Positions 35,263-47,600 of a stretch of DNA of 64,000 nucleotides are shown here, piece after piece. The stretch covers positions 372,001-436,000 of the forward strand of contig JAYWIR010000009.1 of NCBI GenBank assembly GCA_036172245.1, in the 5' to 3' direction. The notes below the pieces were generated by a model. It was not told where the DNA came from and ran no database searches. It saw only the letters and a list, made by a program, of their open reading frames with translations. Positions within the stretch are counted from its first letter, which is position 1, and each line of letters opens with the position of its first letter. The position numbers were made by a program, and so were the translations under genes. This DNA comes from Raillietiella orientalis. Lineage: Eukaryota.

Positions 35263-37149
35263 CTTTTTCTCTCTTCCACTCAGCCACAACCGAAATGTTT
35301 GGCACTTTGTTTCCTTCCATTACAGAGCTATTCTGCAAAGATGGAGCGGTGATTTTTATTGACAAGTGTCTCATTACATTCAGTGATCATGACTGATGGC
35401 AGGTGCAACAGCTGACGATGTCACGTAGCGATTTCTTCGATGATTCTGTATCTGCACATCTTGTCAGCTCCATCCCTAGTTTGTGCTGATCGAACGAGCA
35501 TGCGGTTCAGTGGAACCTCATCGATAAAGCTATGCTCTGGAAACCTCAGGTCATCCTCTTTACAGGAAGTGCTTAGACGCAAGAGGCTGTTTTATGCGAG
35601 TCGTGGTTTCACTTGATGTAGGTCCACAGAAGTCTGGAAAAATTTGCATGTTTCCTCCCACTGTTTCATTCTTAGGCCAGAGATGATGTCTCTCTTAATG
35701 TGGACATCAGCATCAGAGCCTTCGAACGTGAGATTCGAAGGTTTGGTTTAAAACAAAAACTACGTTACTGTTTGTCTTTTCTCTACCCATTTTCTGCAAA
35801 CACTTACACTATTTAAGAAAAAAAAAGAAAACAAGAAATCCACTCTACAGCTTTAGTGTGTTCAATTTTCCTTACCAAGATGTCTACAACACCCAGAGAA
35901 TCACCATTCTTCTTTGGCATTGAAGTCTCAAGAGCAGTGCCTCGTTTGCTTTCCTTTTTGGCCTCCAGTACTTCCGGGGTATCCATGTCAGATGTAACTC
36001 TTTCGGTCACCTCTCGGAGCCAACTGATGGAGAGTGATCCTTGCACCGGAGAAGAGCTCTATGGGAAAAGTGTGGCTACTGCAACAACCTCTTGCAAGAT
36101 CTCCTTGCGTGTAGTCTGAACTTGAAGGACGATACCATTCAGTTGAAGTCCAGCAGCAAAGACGGAGGCAGAGACAGCGTGAAGAATTCCATGGTCATTC
36201 CATTCGCACGGGGTTTTGTTCTCGTGGGAATGGAATCTGGACTCCTGAAAAAGCAGTCAGAGAAGACTCAAGAATTCCTACTTTCCCCCGAGAAGTCTCC
36301 AGACGCTTTCGATTCACTTTCTGCTCACTGAGTCATCACCAGTTGACATCCAGATGCAAATGAAAGACATGAAAATTCACGTAAGCTTGAATCAATAATC
36401 TGGAACACTCTAGTGAACAGACTAAACAATAGACCATTTCATCACTTTGCTATCCTATGAAGGGCACACAGAAAGCTGTGCATCCTGAACACTGAGTCAG
36501 AATGAGTACCAGCACATGTTTTAGCTGTACTGGATGTTGGTGCACACCATCCATCATTCTCTTCATGTTTTCGGTCTCTGGACGGGAAATCCGTATCACT
36601 AGTGCTCCCAAGAAAGCTGCTTCTCCTTTGTCAGAGAGCGAAAGGGAAAGTTTCCTGTAGTTGGTCCCCCTTGCACTGCCGTACTTCTTCAGGCACCACC
36701 GCTGAGTTCTTAACAGGGAGAGGTGGAATCGAATGCTACAGTGACTCTATTTTCTGGAACACAAGGATCACTCTGAGTTTCAAGTGCTCTCCTGAAATCA
36801 ACCCTTTCGAAGCTACCAAAATCATTCTCTTTGTTTCGCTTCCTTAATCAATTTGAGCGGATGGTCCTGTCTCTTGCTAATGAGATCGTAAATTCGAACG
36901 CGACTACTGAGGATCAGTGATCATTGTGAGTCAACTGAGCATCTGCACGTTCGGTACTTAGCGCTTCGTGTCAGTGCTGTCCTTGCACTGGCAGTAGTTC
37001 TAATTATGGACCATCCACAAAGGGATAAATGATAGAAACACAGGGATCCAATTTATCACTGTGAAACCAGTCCACTTCATTTTCCATTATTCATCTATCT
37101 TCCTGAATCTTTCAACGCCTCTCCTATGGTACTGTTCCCAATGAGGATT

Positions 37150-39690
37150 GGTCTTTCCTTTCCAGGTAAGTGGCCTCGTAACAGAAACGAGAAGATAGTC
37201 AATAGCTAATGCAGGTGAACAGCTCACATTGCATTGATGCTGGAAGATGTCCACCGTGTGTGCCAGCGAGGAAGTCCACACAAAGTATCCTGGCTAAGGG
37301 ACAGTCTTGCTGAATTCAACAATCAAAATTACCTCTAGGAGAAACAGCGACCCCAGATCCAGATCCCCCTGCTTGCACATTTCCATACTCTCTTTCAACA
37401 GGCGGCGCACAATGGTGTAGCCTCTGCACACTACGCATCTCCATGAACACCATGTACTGAGAGAGGAAGTGTTCCCAAGCACGGAACAATCCAATCACAT
37501 TCGCAGTTGCTGTTGAACTGCGGGACGACACCTCCGAACATGCTGTTCAGCCTCCTCCAGAGGCACGGATTCTTCGTCTCCCGCGACACCATCGCACCAT
37601 CCCCTTGCATTCTCGCGGAGAGGGAAGGTGCATCCGAGGACCCCAGAAGCGGCGAGGACCATTTCCTCCAAGAAGACTGCATCTAGGCTCATATTCACCG
37701 CCTCACCACCGACACTTCTAGTAGCAGACAAGCAGGAAAATGCGCTTGCCTCTTCCACTTCTACCACTTCTTTCCCGAAAAAGAGCGCGGCGGCAGACCC
37801 GGCTTGGCGCTGTCCGTTCAAAGCGGACGGTGCGCCCAGCCAGCAAAGGTTCTTCGTGGTTTCCACGCTACGCCGAATGCGCGGGCGGTGACGGCGCACG
37901 AAAGGGCTCCAACACCCTGTCCGACCTGGCATGGTTCTTCGGTCCCCACGGTTGCCCGCGAAGCAACTCGACGCCGCATTATCATCGTCGTGAGAGGAGT
38001 AGAGAGATCCACCGCCACTCGACTGGCTGTCACATTCCGTCACTTCCGACGCATTTGCTTGGAAACCAGCTTCCCAGAAACGGTGTGGCCTTTCGTGCAC
38101 TCGGACCGTCGTCGTTCCTGAAGAGCTTCCCATCCGCTTTTCGTCCAGAGTCCAGGTCGCTGCAAGAGAAGCAGACGTCACCCCGAACCAGATGGATTCG
38201 CGAGACGAGCTCGAGGGCCTCCAGCCGAAGTGGCATGGGAGGCACACAGGAACTTTTTGCGCACGACATCCACGTCTGCCTCGCTGCCTCTGAGCGCGTC
38301 CTGGGCTCCTCCGACCGAGGGTGCTCGCCCGGGAACGCCGGATCTCTCGCCTGAGCAGCGAGGTCTCCAGCATCTTGCGCGCTTGGTGCAGCAGGTTCGG
38401 ACCGGTCGTCTCCGCGACCCCACGCCCTGCACCCGGCGCAGCTCTCCTCTTGCCTCCCTCTGCCTCGTCGCTTGGTCTTTGCACGCAGACGACTCGCCGA
38501 TCTCCCCCTTCCCACTCTCTGGAAAGCGTGCGGGACTCACTTCGGACTTACGAGGGGCTGCAGCTCGTGCGTGTTCGTCCTCTCAGTCTTGCATTGAGAG
38601 GGCGCTGGCGTGATCTCCACGTGTCCGGACCAATTCTTGGAAGTGGACGAGAGTTCAGCATCGAGAGAAGCGTCCCGGCCGAGATGCAGACCGGGATGGA
38701 GGCGATGAGGATGATCCCTGAAGGTGCGCACCGGACAGGGACGGGGGGAGAGAGCGAGCGCACCGACCGCTGGCTTGGAGCTGGTCTGACCGCATCCGCC
38801 CTGAGGTGGCGTTAGGTCTACTGGGACCGTGTAGCCGCGCCTCCGGTGCGAGCAGCGCCCGGCATTCCCTTCCCAGTGGATCGCGTCCCCGAAGCCTTGT
38901 TGAAGGTGCAAGGTGGCTATGGAAAGGTTCCCGCACCTGCGGCTGGACTGTGTCGCAGGCCAGATGCAGGACACTGCCGATTCTTCTTGAGCGAAGGACC
39001 TTCCCACGAAGTCTGCGTGCCGGCGGCGTTTCGTCCCACTCCGACTGCCCTCCGTTGGCTGGAGTGTCAGTCGCGGCGACGAAAGGTCGCTCACCTACAT
39101 GGGGGTGGGGGAGAGGTGGCCGCATTTGGCTGAAGAAGTCGTGAGGGCGCTCGTCCTTTCCCTGCGCCGGCTCCGAGGAGGACGAAAGGGCCGTTCCACG
39201 CTCCTTCCCCCTTTTCGTCGGTTCCTTGCCCACTGGCTCCCGCTGAAGACTTGGTCAGTGACCGATTTGCGTGTCGGCGATTCCTCCCCACGGACTTGTC
39301 TCGGTTTCCCTTCCTTGGGGACTGGACTCTTAATCTGCTTGCTCATTTTCAATGGGCGACCGTGGTAAAATCGTTCCGCATGGAGATCACGGCGGTCCGA
39401 GCGGCTCCAAGGAATGGGGACCACACCCTCTTCCATTTCTTCTCTCCATTCCTCCGCGAAGAAGTGATCGGCGTTTCCGAAAATATGGAGTGGTTGCAGT
39501 GCAGGCTTCGGGAAGTTGGAGTGCCCCTGGGATGCTCGTGCAGTTGTTACAGAGCGGTCCATTCGGAAGCTCATGTGAGCGAGTTGCTCGATGCCATGAT
39601 GCGCTGAGATTGCTTGCATTTCTGGTTTCAGGTGAGTCACCATGGTGATGGCTGTGTGCTGGCAGCTGGGGAGGGTGCAAGCGGGATCGT
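37150..39690 (+). mobile_element. Second degenerate Ty3/Gypsy pol relic (RT-RNaseH-integrase)
   Basis: It contains inverted-repeat arm 2. The upstream flank independently gives RT-like PYSLSTGGA (PFGL.NAGA) and RHLRT, leading into LFSLLQRHG. Confidence 0.6.
37541..39686. repeat. Arm 2 of the 2146-bp near-identical inverted repeat (partner 903-3048)
   Basis: Reverse complement of 903-3048. The ORF track shows mirrored, near-identical translations. Confidence 0.97.
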
Positions 39691-40639
39691 GATGCTTTGG
39701 TTCTGTCACTTTCTCCTTTTTTATTCATTTCTTTAGTATGTTCTGCTTTACAGCCTCTTTGCCCCTTTGTAGAGCCCGGTGGTTTTGTTTTTGCTTTACT
39801 CCCTGAAGTTTTTGTAAACCAGTAGGTTTACTAATCTAGGTGGTCTGTTAATTTGTTTATTTGTTTGGAAATTGAACACCCCAGCTCAATGGACTGAAGA
39901 GAGAATTCTCCTCAACATCAGAACTTCAGGGCTCTTTCCGGAAAATTCGATACGAAAACCGAGATCTGTGTTGACGGAGGCTACATGTGAGGTCCCTTCC
40001 AAACCATTCTGTTTGGGTTCTGAGCAAGCTGCCATTCTCCGACAGGGGAACGCTCTGTTCGGGTATTTGGGTGGATGCTCCACACTTAAGCTCCACCATG
40101 AACGACTGCTTCTGCGAACCACTCGTTGCTCCTTCCCTAGAGTATCATGACTCCATTGACTACCGTTCTGCTATCAAGAGCAACTTTCGGGTGCTGACGG
40201 GAGTTCCATCGGGTACACTCCAGCCAAAGTGCGATTTACCCTGAAGAGCCAGTTCTGCTGACCGAATTTGTTCCATCAGACCGCTCGTGGATCCGACATC
40301 CGTGCTTCAGCGTTCAAGCAAATCGGACTTACCCATTCAGAGTTTGAGAACAGAATGAGATTATTTGGACCCCAAAGCTCTATTTGCTTTACCAGACAGG
40401 TCTCCTTTTGCCTTTCCCTTCAACCCGAGACAGCTATCCTTCGAGAATGGTGAAGGCGATAGTAGTGGTCCATATGATGATAATAATGGCAAAGAGAAAG
40501 AGGAGGAGAAGATAGTGGGATCCTCAAGAGGAAGTAGTCCGGCTGCTATACCAACGCCATATCCACAGAGATGACCTTCGACCTCAGCGCAGCTGTCGAA
40601 CCCGCTCGCCGGCGTAACAGCTCGAAGAATTCCTCAAAC

Positions 40640-42150
40640 GATGCCGCCAAAGTTGATATGAGGAGCAGAAGAAACTCGCCGGCGTACCATAGCAGGGGGA
40701 AGGCAGAGTCTTTATAGAGTTTTTTTGTATGAATTCAGCAACAACTCGAAGTAGGTGCTGAAGTAAGGATCAAACTATCACCTGCCAATGCATCTCTGCA
40801 CTGATACGGCGTACACGTGTCGACCGTTGTAGGGACTATTCTTGAGAGCACTGAATCAGAGAAAGTGCATGTGGAGGAGAAGAGCCTTTCCGAGATCTAA
40901 GCTTTCCAGGATCTAAGCTTCCAGAAGGTGTTCCTGTTTTATGCGGTTGAACGCCTTTTCCATATCGCCTGCGACCGCCAAGGTCCCAGGCGTTTCCCCC
41001 GCTTCCATCGGACGCCCGGTGTTTCCCATTCCCCAGTGTTTCCTCCTGCTGTCCTGATGTCTTTCTGAGCTCTTGTAGCCTCGAAGCACTCGATCGCGAC
41101 GCTCTTCCGAAGACGAAACCAGGTCGCTCTCCATACTTCTCACCGGAGCACTAAATGACTGCTCTGGACTGATAACGAGCAGTTCGCAAACTGCTCTTGG
41201 CACACTACCTCGAGGGCAGCTTCAAGTCCCGGGTTCACCAAGGTGATCAAACGCTTGTTTCTGGAGCTGCATGTGTCTCCTCCTTTAGAGGGAAGGAGAA
41301 CTTGAGATAACGGAAAAGAGGCAGGCACCTCTCTCTCGGATCAGCATTGTCAGTTGATGCCCCAGGGGGCATGACTCCACAGTTGAAAGTTGGGAAAATT
41401 AGGAGATCGGATGGGTGGTTGTCAATTCGGGAAGGAATTGCATTTTTGCACGGAATTTTCCTCCCTTTTGATGATTTCCTTGCAGCGGTAGAAGGGGAAA
41501 CAAATGGCGAGGAGTCGACAAAAGTCCTTGTGCGGAATCTTGCGATCTCAGACTTCCCGTTGTCACCACAGATGAGCCGAAAGCAAGCAACTGATGGCAC
41601 CATAGCCTAGTACATACGAAAGGCAAACATTCGGCAAAAGATTCTGCGACAAAGAAGTCATCCATACCTTCACTTGAGTATTTTGAAGATAAACGAGCTA
41701 CAGATCACTGCTGGGAAACAAGTGGATGGCGCGGATTCAGATGCGAGTCCATGGAACGTTGATATCCTGAGAATCCACTGAGAGAACTGACTAAACGCAC
41801 AGCAAGCAAAGGAGTTCTACGGATTCACAGGGATTGATCCAGAACACGTTCATCTCTCCAGGCTGGATGCTGTTCCGAGATCCACTTGATGTCATTTCCT
41901 GTTCCTTGTACCGTCTGATATTGAGCACTCGCTGTTTTGCATCACCGGTTTGGGTACCAGATGCGCCCTGATCTTATCCAAAAGGTCGAGAAGCGGCACG
42001 AGATGCGTGGAAGCGAGGAGAGGCCTTGAATTTCCATAGAACATATTCTTCCAAGAAAGGTACTTTTTTTTTGCCAATGCGAAATCTTCCATCCTGCGCA
42101 TCAACCAAATTCTAGCAAAAGTGATAAGAGAAAAGTCGATCCCTGCATCT
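40640..42150 (-). mobile_element. L1/Tx1-like LINE RT relic
   Basis: PASF..VLLPSKGGD...NKRLITLVN, VISPEQSF, GDMEKAFNRIKQEHLL, FSTYFELLL and LWYAGE (YADD box) occur in order. Confidence 0.75.
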
Positions 42151-42699
42151 GCGTTCCGAACTTCTCCCAGGAAATGCTACAATCTTAGCACGTTTTAGGA
42201 AGGCTAAGATAAATGAAGGGACGCTTTCTGTTCCCAAACCGATGGAATAGGGATTAAGTGCAGACTAAGCAGCTGAGCCGAGGAATCAGTTAGAAGGAAA
42301 CAAAGTGGATTTTCTCTCTCTTTTTATTTTCTTCTTCTGGACCCAAAAGTAGGCATGGCGATATGGAAGTGCTCTGCTTGCAATGTCGGTCGTGGGGAAC
42401 ATCTCGTGAGGGCAACAGAGATTTCTTTCATGGTGTCCGCGTTGCCAGGGCCATGTACGATTCTGAACAAATCGTTACCGAGAGATCCGAAAGTAAGCAG
42501 AAAGGAGCACGTTCATGCTCCGTACCTATTTGCTCAGTGCGGAGAAGAGCAGAAAAAAGTCAAGAATTCCCACAAGCCCAGTTTTACAAAGTTCTCTCCC
42601 CTGCGTCACCACGAGGAGAAAAGAAGTGAGCCATCAGCGGAGTCGTCGTCTGACTAAATGAAAAAAACAAGCAAAAAAAATTAAGGAAACCGAAGCCGA

Positions 42700-43200
42700 T
42701 CGAAAAGACATCCACAGCAATCCTCTAGAATTGTATCGAAATTCGAAGTATCCATCTCTTCGAAATGGTATCAGCAATTTTGCATCCCTGGTCCTTGAGA
42801 ACGAAGAATCAGACCCACTGAAAGCAGCTTCGCATGAGAGTTTCATCCGAAGCATACTTTGGGCTTCAGGATGTGGGATGCGTTGCTTTCACAGACGATA
42901 CACACAATGAGAAATGACTCCAGGGCAAGGCAGCAACCGGCAAAAAACTCTGTCAACGTTCTTAACCGTTTGAAGATGCAAATGCCAATCATCGCGCTCC
43001 CTGGATACCCGAGCGAACATCAAATCATCTCCTCATGTCCGAGAAATTTCGTCTTTTTCCTTGCTAGCGAAATGCACGATCATTTTTCACCATCCGCCTA
43101 ACCTACGGCAATTTCTGGCAATTCCGCATCCCATAATTCATCACGCAATTTACATCATTCGCCTCAGTTCGAATAGGGGTGCAGTATTTTATCCACAGTC
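42700..43200 (-). mobile_element. Possible hAT (Buster/ZBED5-like) transposase relic
   Basis: One minus frame reads HEEMI*CSL...IGICIF...FF...L.L...VC.SNAS. This resembles the EE.L.C..L...TG..IF...W..VCTDGA segment of Buster-type hATs. Weak. Confidence 0.25.
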
Positions 43201-43714
43201 GCGTCTCCAAGGCGAATACGACGAGGAATCAAGTCAAAACCGACCGGAGTGAAATCCACACAAGGCCACATTGAAAGTCATTTTCTTGCACAGGGCACTG
43301 CCCCTGTTCCCTGCCCCCGAGTTCGGATCAGACTTGGGATCAGCCTGCATGCAGGTGAGTGACTTGAACCTCCCTTTCTCTGACTGGCTTCCCAGCTTCC
43401 CACTCTGCACGTCCTCTTACCACACAGCCCGGAGGTTTCTGACCTGCCTTCCGGCTCCTGGTTCCCTGAGACGATGGCTGAGCATCGTCCAGTGTCCCCA
43501 TTTCCCCAGCATGGTCCCGAAGGAGCTTTGTTGCCTTGGGCGGCGCTCCCTTTCTCTCTGCATTTACGAATTGCCTTGTCGTCTCCGCGTTCCAGAGAAC
43601 CGAGCTTGACCACCTTCTGCTTCAGGGAAAGGGTGTGTGCTCCTGTGCATCTTTTTGGCAGATACCGGTATGGCCTTCGTTTCCTGAATTTCCCCGTGTG
43701 CAAGTGGGGCGTTT

Positions 43715-43967
43715 CTTTAGTGGCAAATTGGATAAAATACACGACATACTAGTAAAAGAGGTAAGAAAAATGGTTGGTAGGAATGAAGCACCAACGGTTG
43801 GAATAATTGATAGTCAGTCTGTGAAAATGATTCAAAAAGGGGGTCTAGAAGATATGATGCTGGCAAGAAAAAAAAAAAAAAGGGAGAAAACGCCATATTG
43901 TAGTATAGATACGATAGATAACAGCCTATGTTCATAGTGCAAGCATTCAAGATCGCGATGGTGCTCT
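43715..43967 (+). pseudogene. Bacterial IS5-family (IS1031-like) transposase, central DDE fragment
   Basis: GKLDKIHDILVKEVRKMVGRNEAPTVGIIDSQSVK...QKGG, then a frame change at aaaaaggggg, then RYDAGKK..GRKRHIVV..VHSASIQDRDGA. The DNA is strongly AT-rich relative to its flanks. Confidence 0.9.
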
Positions 43968-44053
43968 AAGAGCATGTCTGCAAACTTAAAAATGAGCTAA
44001 TTTGTGAAGCATAATGGTGATCATATTAAAGAAAATATTAGTTTTCGAAGTAA

Positions 44054-44230
44054 GAACCTGTCTTGAAAAGGAATGAGGAAGAGAGTGCAATGAGGTCAGC
44101 AAAAAAAAATAGGAGATAAAATGTATCCAAGTGCTGTAAGTGCCAAGGAATGGACAATTTTAGAGCCACATGTTGCACAAGGGGTAATAGGACGACCAAG
44201 GAAGCATAACATTAGAACGGTGATTCATGG
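44054..44230 (+). mobile_element. Left end of a second IS5-family element: IR-like end, Shine-Dalgarno and transposase N-terminus
   Basis: taa|gaacctgtcttgaaaag is followed by aggaga (44111-44116) and an ATG at 44121. The ORF reads MYPSAVSAKEWTILEPHV...GRPRKHNIRTVI, the typical YPS(D)...EW..L...GRP motif. Confidence 0.85.
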
Positions 44231-44699
44231 TCATAAGCCAGATTGGATGATTTTGGATTTTCTAGCTAATGGTACTCTAGTAGACTACTCTCACTCTTGC
44301 TGCCAAAAATATTGATCAAGCTACAGAGGTAGCAAATAGCATTGCAAGTCGTTGTTTTAGCTCTGAATGTGTTTTTGTAGGATAAGAACTTTGCAGAGCA
44401 AGTATATAAATTCATTAAAGTCTGTATTGATGGCTCTGATTCGAATATTTTCACGTTTGAGTTAAAATTTCAGTCAAATCGTTTTAAATGTAGCAACACT
44501 TCCATGATTTTGGCCTCGGTCCTTCGGGATCCAACTCTTCCGTTCATGTTCAGGCTTATCTTCCTGCCTCGTGGTTTTCCGTTTCCGCTCATACTTCTGG
44601 ACGTTTTCCTCCAGTGTCCAAGCGGGCAGCTGCAAGGCCGTGGCCGCGCTGCTGACATTCCCATTTCAGGAGTCATTCTCTGAAGTCGCACCTGTGGGT

Positions 44700-47600
44700 T
44701 ATCGGGTATGTGTGTGCTTGTCCCATTTGTTCCAGACATCCTTTGGGTCAGGCGGCTTTTTACGGCGACCATTTTTCTGCGACGACGAGGCAAGAGGTTT
44801 TGGCGCTTCTGCCGTGAGTACGGCCCCCAGGAGAACTAACCTGAAGCTTGTTGGCGCCAGAGCTCCTTACACATTCCTACTTCTCTCTCCACTGGGCAAA
44901 GTACTTTCAGAAAGTCTTCTTGTAAGTGATGGAATTCGACCATGGAGATGCGCAGCAATGGCGAAGTTCTCCTTCAATATCCATTCGTGTTGACGAGGGC
45001 ATCAACCAGGGAGTGACCGTAGAACGTAGAATAAGATGCTTTTGCTCTTTGTAAGCCAACAGTCCGCTGGTATGGTGAGAGACTCTCTTCCACGGCACTG
45101 TCAAATTGACTCATTTGGAAGGCCGTCTGAACCTGGGAGCTGCTCTTCCATCTGCATTCAATTTAGGAAAGGTTCTGTTACGAAATATTGATCTGGAGGC
45201 CCTACATTATTTCAAAGTCAATCAATCCATCCTCTTAGTGGTTTCATGATCCGTGAATATACGAAGAGATGGTCATTCTTAAGGAAACGTCTGTAATTTC
45301 CTGTTTGAATAAATCATCTTCCTCCGCTGCATAGAATTCTAAGATCTGCTTCATCAAGAACTGGTTGAGGGATGGATGTACCGTGAGCCAGATTGATGCA
45401 CCGGGTGTCCTATTCGGTGGCTTTAATGACGATTACGTCGACTATTGTATGCAACCATCAGCTGCCTCGTTTTTTTCCAAATACAATCACGCAGCATCAA
45501 GATCCTTCAGAACTGCATCATTAATTAGATCCCGGGATCCCAGTGAGCCAACAGCAAAAGCATGAATCGTCTGGAAACTCCATGTGAGAGCAGATTGGCA
45601 AGATCTTCTTCATGCTTCCGTTCTTTTCCAGTACGAGCTGTACTGGATGCTTCTTCACCATTCCCAACTCGATATGAGACGTCCAGCACAACCACCTTGT
45701 TGCCTTGCTGCGGGACCAAATCCGGTCGCGAGGAATCCAAGCCAGGGACTCTTTGATCTCAACCAAGAGACTGGGAAAAGATAAAGTGGTCTTCTTCTTC
45801 ATCAAAGAGAATTCGTGTGAGGCAACACTGCACGTCATTGCGGACAATCCTCATCACCCCGCAGGATGCCTCCTGTCTTGCCATGAGTGCGCACTCAGAT
45901 TTGGAGACTTCCACCGTGGCTTGACGATCCTACTGCATTCTTTCCATCTTCCGAGAACTGCACTGATCAGCCCATGAAGAAGGTTTGTAGTCCTATCGGC
46001 TGTAAACATCCCCATAATTCTTGCCATTTGGTTCCATATCCGAATGATGATTATTGCTTGTGCCCCTCAACCTCATTATGGGACTCTCTTGAGAGATGAA
46101 AAAGCCAGTGACTGCACAACTTCGATGACTACCAACTAGATCTGGTTCAGTGCTCACTCCATCGGTCGATCATGCGTTCCACGAAAGTTCTGCTTCAGAG
46201 AAGGAGTTTGCTTCAGCCTTGGGGTTTCTCTGATTTCCGCACCATCTGCGTTGTTCTAGGATGGGGATGAGGCTCATCTCATGAAGTGATATCAGAAATA
46301 AAGAAGACACGCACGCGCTTTCTCCTTGACATTCACAGGGCTTTTCTCCAGGGAGTTCGAGGAAAGCTGGTCCAAGCTGGACAGAAAGTTAAACTTGCTG
46401 TGGCCAGTGACGACTGCAAATACTTCCACTAGTGTGAGAAGATAAGTTCAGCATCCAGAGATCCTGAGAGATGCGAGATAAAAACAAGCCAAATTCTGCT
46501 GCGACCATAATGTAGAAAAGGCTGAAGACAAGGCGTGCCAGACTCGAGTTGACTTGGTCGATCGTAGGTGGCTAACGATGATGCTACGAACTCAAAATTT
46601 GTGTCTTTGTTCCTTCCTACGATGCAGAGAGGGCAGGGAATTTAAACCTGACCGTTCGCACATGTAGGAGTTTCATGCAAGATTTTTGTTGTACGGCCTG
46701 AGTGTTGGGAGGAGAATTCTAAGCGATTTCCACATCCTCGTCATGCAGTGAAGGGAACGATACGGCATTGAGGACATTGTGAGCACCGTTCATCCTGGTC
46801 GTTGGTCCAGGATGTGCGTTCGATCCATGCTCCCCTTGTGAGTTATATTGACAAAGCATACCGGTTTTCCGGTTGTCCGTCCTTACGAGAGAGGATTCGA
46901 GTCCTGCCATGCTTCTTTCAGCGCTGCCGCAAAGTGCACACCGAGGGCAAACGCAGTCGAGAGCGACGAGTCGGGACTCACGTCCTTTCTTGCTCTCCAT
47001 CGCAGCCGCATCAACCGATGTGGGCTCCAACTACGGAGGGTGGCTGCCTTGATTCGGGAAAGAATTCCTGTCTCCCCGCGAACGGTAGTACCTGGTTGCA
47101 GGAAACCGTTCGAACGTGGGGACAGTTCGGCATGCAACGCTCCCAACAGGAACGAAGGTTCCTGTTTGGGTGTTACAGAAGTTGCACGCTCCGAGAGATC
47201 CTGGAGGATCCAAGGAAGAGAGCGTGGGCAGGAAGAACCCCCCTTGCTGCTGCGCTGGCCTCCCTAATGGAAGATCAGGACAGCGATGTTGCGGCGAAGT
47301 GGGAGGTTAAAGTAACCATCTCCGGAAAGGATAAGAAGCAGGGAGAGTGGAAGACGGGTCAGCTGACTGACGCTGCCACCCCGAGTACGCCTCCCCATGG
47401 ACTTCTGCGCTGGGGCGCGCTGCTCGATGTTCCCATTGAACATCTGAAGTGGCCCCCGGTGCTCATGAACACTTCCACCCTCCCCTTAAAATGGCAGGAG
47501 TCGGCTCTCCTGTTGCAGCACTGGGGACCCCCCTGCAACGCCTGCCGACACCACTTGACCTGGGGGGCGGTGAACCCCAATTGCGTTAGGTGTGGGGAAT

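Noticed and set aside
903..39686. The inverted repeat as terminal inverted repeats of a giant DNA transposon (Polinton/Maverick-like)
   Set aside because: The arms are decayed Gypsy pol sequence. I saw no TSD or terminal motif, and the interior has no polB, capsid, ATPase or intact transposase.
46802..46972. N-terminus of the 381-aa ORF 46802-47947
   Set aside because: It lies outside the TSD-bounded insert, so it is a chance in-frame read-in from flanking DNA.
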